This document shows, piece by piece, positions 59,679-64,000 of a stretch of 64,000 nt of DNA. Within the stretch, counting starts at the first letter, position 1, and each line of letters starts with the position of its first letter. The translations under genes were made by a program, and so were the position numbers. The DNA comes from Terriglobia bacterium (GTDB lineage: Bacteria > Acidobacteriota > Terriglobia > Acidiferrales > UBA7541), in contig OY968796.1 in assembly GCA_963695545.1 (NCBI GenBank), positions 2,816,001-2,880,000 on the forward strand, in the 5' to 3' direction. The notes below the pieces were generated by a model that saw only the letters and a program-made list of their open reading frames with translations, was not told the DNA's origin and ran no database searches.

Positions 59679-62600
59679 TCAGTCGGCCGGCACTGGTTCG
59701 GGGCTCGCGCCCGGCTCGGAAGCGCGCGCGCCAAAATGCTTCTTTCCGAGCTTGTCGAAGAAGATGTAAATCACCGGCGTCGTGTAAAGCGTAAGAACCT
59801 GGCTCAAGAGCAGGCCGCCGACCATGGAGATTCCCAAGGGCCTGCGCAATTCCGAACCGATGCCAGAGCCCAAGGCGAGCGGCAGGCCGGCGAGCAGTGC
59901 GGCCATCGTGGTCATCATGATGGGCCGAAATCGCAACAGACAAGCCTGATAGATCGATTCTTCGGCGGTCTTGTGTTCGGTTCTCTCGGCTTCCAGCGCG
60001 AAATCAACCATCATGATGCCATTCTTCTTCACGATGCCGATCAGCAGGATGATGCCGATCAGTGAAACGACGTTCAGCGACTCGCCGCAGATGAGCAGCG
60101 CGAGAATTGCGCCGACTCCGGCCGAGGGCAACGTCGAAAGAATCGTGATCGGATGGATATAGCTTTCATACAGCACGCCGAGAACGATGTAGACAGTTAC
60201 GAGCGCGGCCAAAATCAACAGTGGTTCGTTGGTCAGCGAAGCCTGGAACGACGCCGCCGAGCCCTGGAACGCGGTCTGAATGCTGAGCGGCATGTTCATA
60301 CTCTTTTGGACCTTGTCGATCGCATCGGTAGCGGCGCCGAGGGAAGCATTGGGCGCGAGGTTGAACGACACGGTGACCACCGGGAATTGCCCCTGATGAG
60401 TGATCAATAGCGGTTCGCTGGTGGGCTCGAAATGCGCAATCGCGCTCAGTGGCACAGCGGCGCCATTCGATGCGGTGACGGGCAGACTGAGAGAAACAGT
60501 CGTCGCTGTCGGCCCCGGGCCCGAAGGTCCGGGAGCCGGCGAGCTCGATCCCGTGGTAACCAATGTCGCCGACGCGCTCGTACCAGCGGAGCTGCCCGCT
60601 GTGGGGCTTCCGGTCGAACTCACATTTCCCGAGCGCACGTAAATGTCTTCGAGGTTGCTAGGATCCGTCTGAAAGTTCGGCAGCGTTTCGAGAATCACGT
60701 GATACTGATTCAGCTGCGTATAGAGCGTGGAGATTTGCCGCTGGCCGAATGCGTCATACAGAGTCTCATCGATCATCTGCGGGGAAATTCCCATACGCGA
60801 AGCGGTGACGCGGTCGATGACTAGAGTCTCCGCCAAGCCGCCATTCTGCTGATCGGTGGCGACGTCCTGCAACTCAGGGAGTTGCTTCAGCTTGGTGACG
60901 AAGCGCCGCGTCCACTGGTCGAGTTCAGTCGCATTCGGATCTTCGAGCGTGTACTGGTATTGCGTCCGGCTGGTACGATCCTCGACCGTCAGGTCCTGCA
61001 CGGGCTGCATGTAGAGCGCTACGCCGTCCACTTTCGCCAGTTGCGGTTGCAGGCGGCGGATGACGTCCGAGGCGTTGATCTTGCGAACGTCGATCGGCTT
61101 CAGGTTGATCAGGAAACGCCCGCTGTTCAACGTGGTGTTTGTGCCGTCAATGCCGATGAACGACGACAGGCTGTCGACGGCGGGATCTTTCAGAATCACC
61201 GCGGCGAGCGCTTGCTGGCGGCTGGCCATTTCGTCAAACGATGCGGTTTGCGCGGCTTCCGAGATGCCCTGGATGAGCCCGGTGTCTTGCACTGGAAAGA
61301 ATCCCTTGGGAACCAGGATGTAGAGCACGATGGTGAGCACCAGCGTGGCCGCCGCAATCAGCAGCGTGATGGTCTGAAATTGCAGCACCCAGCGCAGCGT
61401 CCTGGAATAGAAATCGATGATCTTTTCCCAAATTCGTTCCGACCAGCGATAGAACCACCCCTGCTGGGATTCGGGCGTGTGGCGCAGAAGGCGCGAGCAC
61501 ATCATCGGCGTCAGCGTCAGAGAGACGACCGCGGAGATCAGGATCGTGACCGCCAGCGTGACCGCGAATTCGCGGAACAACCGTCCCACGATGTCTCCCA
61601 TGAACAAAAGCGGAATCAGAACCGCGATCAACGAGATCGTGAGCGAAATGATGGTGAAGCCAATTTGCTTCGAGCCCTTCATGGCGGCCTCGAGCGGCGG
61701 GTCGCCTTCCTCAAGAAAACGCGTGATGTTCTCGATCATCACGATGGCGTCGTCCACGACGAAGCCCGTGGAGATCGTCAGCGCCATCAGAGATAAATTG
61801 TCCAGGCTGTAGCCGGCCAGATACATCACGCCAAATGTGCCGATCAGCGAGACCGGCACGGCCACGCTCGGGATGATGGTCGCCGAGAGATTCCGCAGGA
61901 ACAGAAAGATCACCATCACCACCAGCGCCACAGTCAGCATCAGCTCGAACTCAACGTCTTTCACCGAGGCGCGGATGGTCGTGGTGCGATCGGTCACAAT
62001 CGTCATTTGCACCGCGCCCGGCAAACTGCTTTGCAGCAGCGGCAAAAGCGCCTCGATGCGATCCACCACTTGGATGATGTTTGCGCCGGGCTGCCGCTGG
62101 ACGTTTAGGATCACGGCGGGAGTCTGGTTTACCCAGGCGGCCTGCGTTTGATCTTCGACGCCATCGACGACCGTGGCCACATCCGACACCAACACCGGCG
62201 CGTTGTTGCGGTACGCGATCACTACTTTCTTGTAATCGGCGCTGGTGACCAATTGATCGTTGGCATCGATTTGGTAGTCCTGGTGCGGCCCGTCAAAAGT
62301 TCCTTTCGCTTGGTCCAGGCTCTGCTGCTGCAAAGCCGAGCGGACGTCTTCGAGGTTGATGCCGTAGGAGGAAAGCGCCGCGGGATTCACCTGTACGCGA
62401 ACCGCCGGCTTTTGGCCGCCGCTGATGCTGACCAGACCGACGCCGGATAATTGGGAAATCTTTTGCGCGAGGCGCGTGTCTGCCAGATCCTCGATCTGCG
62501 AAAGGGGCATGGTGTTCGAGGTTAGTGCCAGCGTCAGAATCGGCGCGTCGGCGGGGTTGGTCTTGCTGTAGATGGGCGGGGTCGGAAGATCGGGCGGAAG

Positions 62601-62954
62601 GTAGCTCTGCGACGAGTTGATCGCCGCTTGGACCTCCTGCTCTGCCACGTCGATACTTAAATCGAGCGCAAATTCCAGGACAATGATCGAGCTTCCCTGC
62701 GAGCTCGTCGAAGTCATCTGATTCAAGCCCGGCACTTCGCCGAACTGGCGCTCAAGCGGCGCCGTCACGGCCGACGCCATTACGTCGGGACTCGCTCCCG
62801 GGTAAAACGTGACAATTTGTATGATCGGGTAATCGACTTCAGGCAGAGCGGAGATCGGCAGTTGCGTGAAAGCGACGAATCCTGCCAGCAGGATCGCCGC
62901 CATCAACAGCGACGTTGCGACGGGTCGCAGGATGAACGGAGCAGACGGATTCAC
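59679..62954 (-). CDS. mdtB: RND permease MdtB-like
   Basis: MNPSAPFILRPVATSLLM, LPEVDYP and DTRLAQKISQ. Confidence 0.9.
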   Translation of the reverse strand: MNPSAPFILRPVATSLLMAAILLAGFVAFTQLPISALPEVDYPIIQIVTFYPGASPDVMASAVTAPLERQFGEVPGLNQMTSTSSQGSSIIVLEFALDLSIDVAEQEVQAAINSSQSYLPPDLPTPPIYSKTNPADAPILTLALTSNTMPLSQIEDLADTRLAQKISQLSGVGLVSISGGQKPAVRVQVNPAALSSYGINLEDVRSALQQQSLDQAKGTFDGPHQDYQIDANDQLVTSADYKKVVIAYRNNAPVLVSDVATVVDGVEDQTQAAWVNQTPAVILNVQRQPGANIIQVVDRIEALLPLLQSSLPGAVQMTIVTDRTTTIRASVKDVEFELMLTVALVVMVIFLFLRNLSATIIPSVAVPVSLIGTFGVMYLAGYSLDNLSLMALTISTGFVVDDAIVMIENITRFLEEGDPPLEAAMKGSKQIGFTIISLTISLIAVLIPLLFMGDIVGRLFREFAVTLAVTILISAVVSLTLTPMMCSRLLRHTPESQQGWFYRWSERIWEKIIDFYSRTLRWVLQFQTITLLIAAATLVLTIVLYILVPKGFFPVQDTGLIQGISEAAQTASFDEMASRQQALAAVILKDPAVDSLSSFIGIDGTNTTLNSGRFLINLKPIDVRKINASDVIRRLQPQLAKVDGVALYMQPVQDLTVEDRTSRTQYQYTLEDPNATELDQWTRRFVTKLKQLPELQDVATDQQNGGLAETLVIDRVTASRMGISPQMIDETLYDAFGQRQISTLYTQLNQYHVILETLPNFQTDPSNLEDIYVRSGNVSSTGSPTAGSSAGTSASATLVTTGSSSPAPGPSGPGPTATTVSLSLPVTASNGAAVPLSAIAHFEPTSEPLLITHQGQFPVVTVSFNLAPNASLGAATDAIDKVQKSMNMPLSIQTAFQGSAASFQASLTNEPLLILAALVTVYIVLGVLYESYIHPITILSTLPSAGVGAILALLICGESLNVVSLIGIILLIGIVKKNGIMMVDFALEAERTEHKTAEESIYQACLLRFRPIMMTTMAALLAGLPLALGSGIGSELRRPLGISMVGGLLLSQVLTLYTTPVIYIFFDKLGKKHFGARASEPGASPEPVPAD

Positions 62955-64000
62955 GGACTGCTTCCCCCACTGGCCTGCGTCTGGCCGCCCGAGGTTGAGC
63001 CGCTTGCCGCGCTGCCGGCACCGCCACTCCTGGCCCCCTTGCCCTGCTGCCCGGTGGTCACCTTAGCGCCGTCCTGCAGCTTATCGAAGCCGTTGATGGC
63101 CACGACGTCGCCGGGGTTGATCCCCTGCACTACGGACGAAGTGGCGTCGGCGGTTCCGAGGGTGACGTTATGGACCGTGGCCGTTTGGTTGGCGATCACA
63201 TATACGAACGCGCCCTGGGCGTTGCGCTGCACGGCCGCGGAGGGAACCAGCGTGACGCCGTTCTCCGTGGCGAGCAGGAGTTTCGCGTTCACGAATTGGT
63301 TCGGGAAAAGGGCCAGGTTGGTGTTGGCGAAGGTCGCGCGCAACTTGACGGTGCCGGTCGTCGTATCGATTTGATTGTCCAACGTCGTCACCGTGCCCGC
63401 GGCGATCTCCGACTCTTGCGTGCGATCCAGTGCCTGCACGGTGAGATGATTCCCTTTTTGCATCCCTTTCTGAATCTGCGGCAGGTAATCCTCCGCGACG
63501 CTGAAAATCACGGTGATCGGCTGGAGCTGAGTCACCACGACCAGTACCGCTGTGCTGCCGGCTTGGACAACGTTCCCGGGATCGACCAGGCGAATTCCTA
63601 CGCGGCCGTCAATCGGCGAGGTGATATGGCAGTACTCCAAGTTGACCTGCGCGGCTGCCACCGTTCCGTGATCGTTCTCCACCGTTCCTTCGTCCTGCAT
63701 GACAGTCTGTTGCTGGTCGTACACCTGCTGTTCCGCGATGGCATTCTGGCTGAACGCCGTCTGGTAGCGGCCCAGGTCAATTCTCGCTTCGCTCAGCACA
63801 GCCTGATCGTGCGCCAGTTGTCCCTGCGCCTGAGTCAGTGCCGCTTGGTATGGCCGCGGGTCAATATCCACCAAGGCGTCGCCTTTGTGCACGATCTGGC
63901 CTTCCGTGTAGTGGACGACCATAATCTGACCTTGCACTCGGCTCGTAACTTGAACGGTGTACACGGGCGTGACCGTACCGAGCGCCTCCACGTAGTCCCC
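62951..64000 (-). CDS. mdtA: RND periplasmic adaptor MdtA-like (5'-truncated by window edge)
   Basis: ALGTVTP..SRVQG, IDPRPY, SPIDGRVG, DNQIDTTTGT and LFPNQFV motifs. Confidence 0.9.
   Translation of the reverse strand, partial: GDYVEALGTVTPVYTVQVTSRVQGQIMVVHYTEGQIVHKGDALVDIDPRPYQAALTQAQGQLAHDQAVLSEARIDLGRYQTAFSQNAIAEQQVYDQQQTVMQDEGTVENDHGTVAAAQVNLEYCHITSPIDGRVGIRLVDPGNVVQAGSTAVLVVVTQLQPITVIFSVAEDYLPQIQKGMQKGNHLTVQALDRTQESEIAAGTVTTLDNQIDTTTGTVKLRATFANTNLALFPNQFVNAKLLLATENGVTLVPSAAVQRNAQGAFVYVIANQTATVHNVTLGTADATSSVVQGINPGDVVAINGFDKLQDGAKVTTGQQGKGARSGGAGSAASGSTSGGQTQASGGSSP

Overview
This is a GC-rich, gene-dense 64 kb chromosomal segment. The host is probably an Acidobacterium of the Terriglobia type; that is an inference from the gene repertoire (VWA-like secreted protein, DUF3857/transglutaminase/TPR protein, PilZ proteins, periplasmic tricorn protease, pilin type), not a database result. 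I can support about 50 CDS and one tRNA-Arg(ACG). I found no integrase, transposase, CRISPR array or rRNA. Main highlights: (1) A seven-gene corrinoid methyl-transfer operon (29250-35400) resembles a split methionine synthase with no methyl-THF/pterin module. It has a UroD/MtaA-fold methyltransferase with altered Zn ligands, two different reactivation modules and a structured 5' leader. (2) Two convergent type IV pilin paralogues are about 82% identical, and each has a sigma54 promoter plus a shared palindromic upstream element. (3) Two tandem ~50-aa secreted His/Arg-rich micropeptides; one has no ORF in the track and the other appears only with a wrong upstream start. (4) An Sm/Hfq-like plus small HTH bicistron. 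(5) An intact MpgP-like HAD protein with its catalytic residues replaced. (6) A ~165-bp REP-like tandem array and an AT-rich non-coding element flanking a secreted WD40 gene. (7) A divergent lipid-remodelling cluster. (8) An mdtABC-type RND efflux operon. All calls come from reading motifs by eye; no searches were run.
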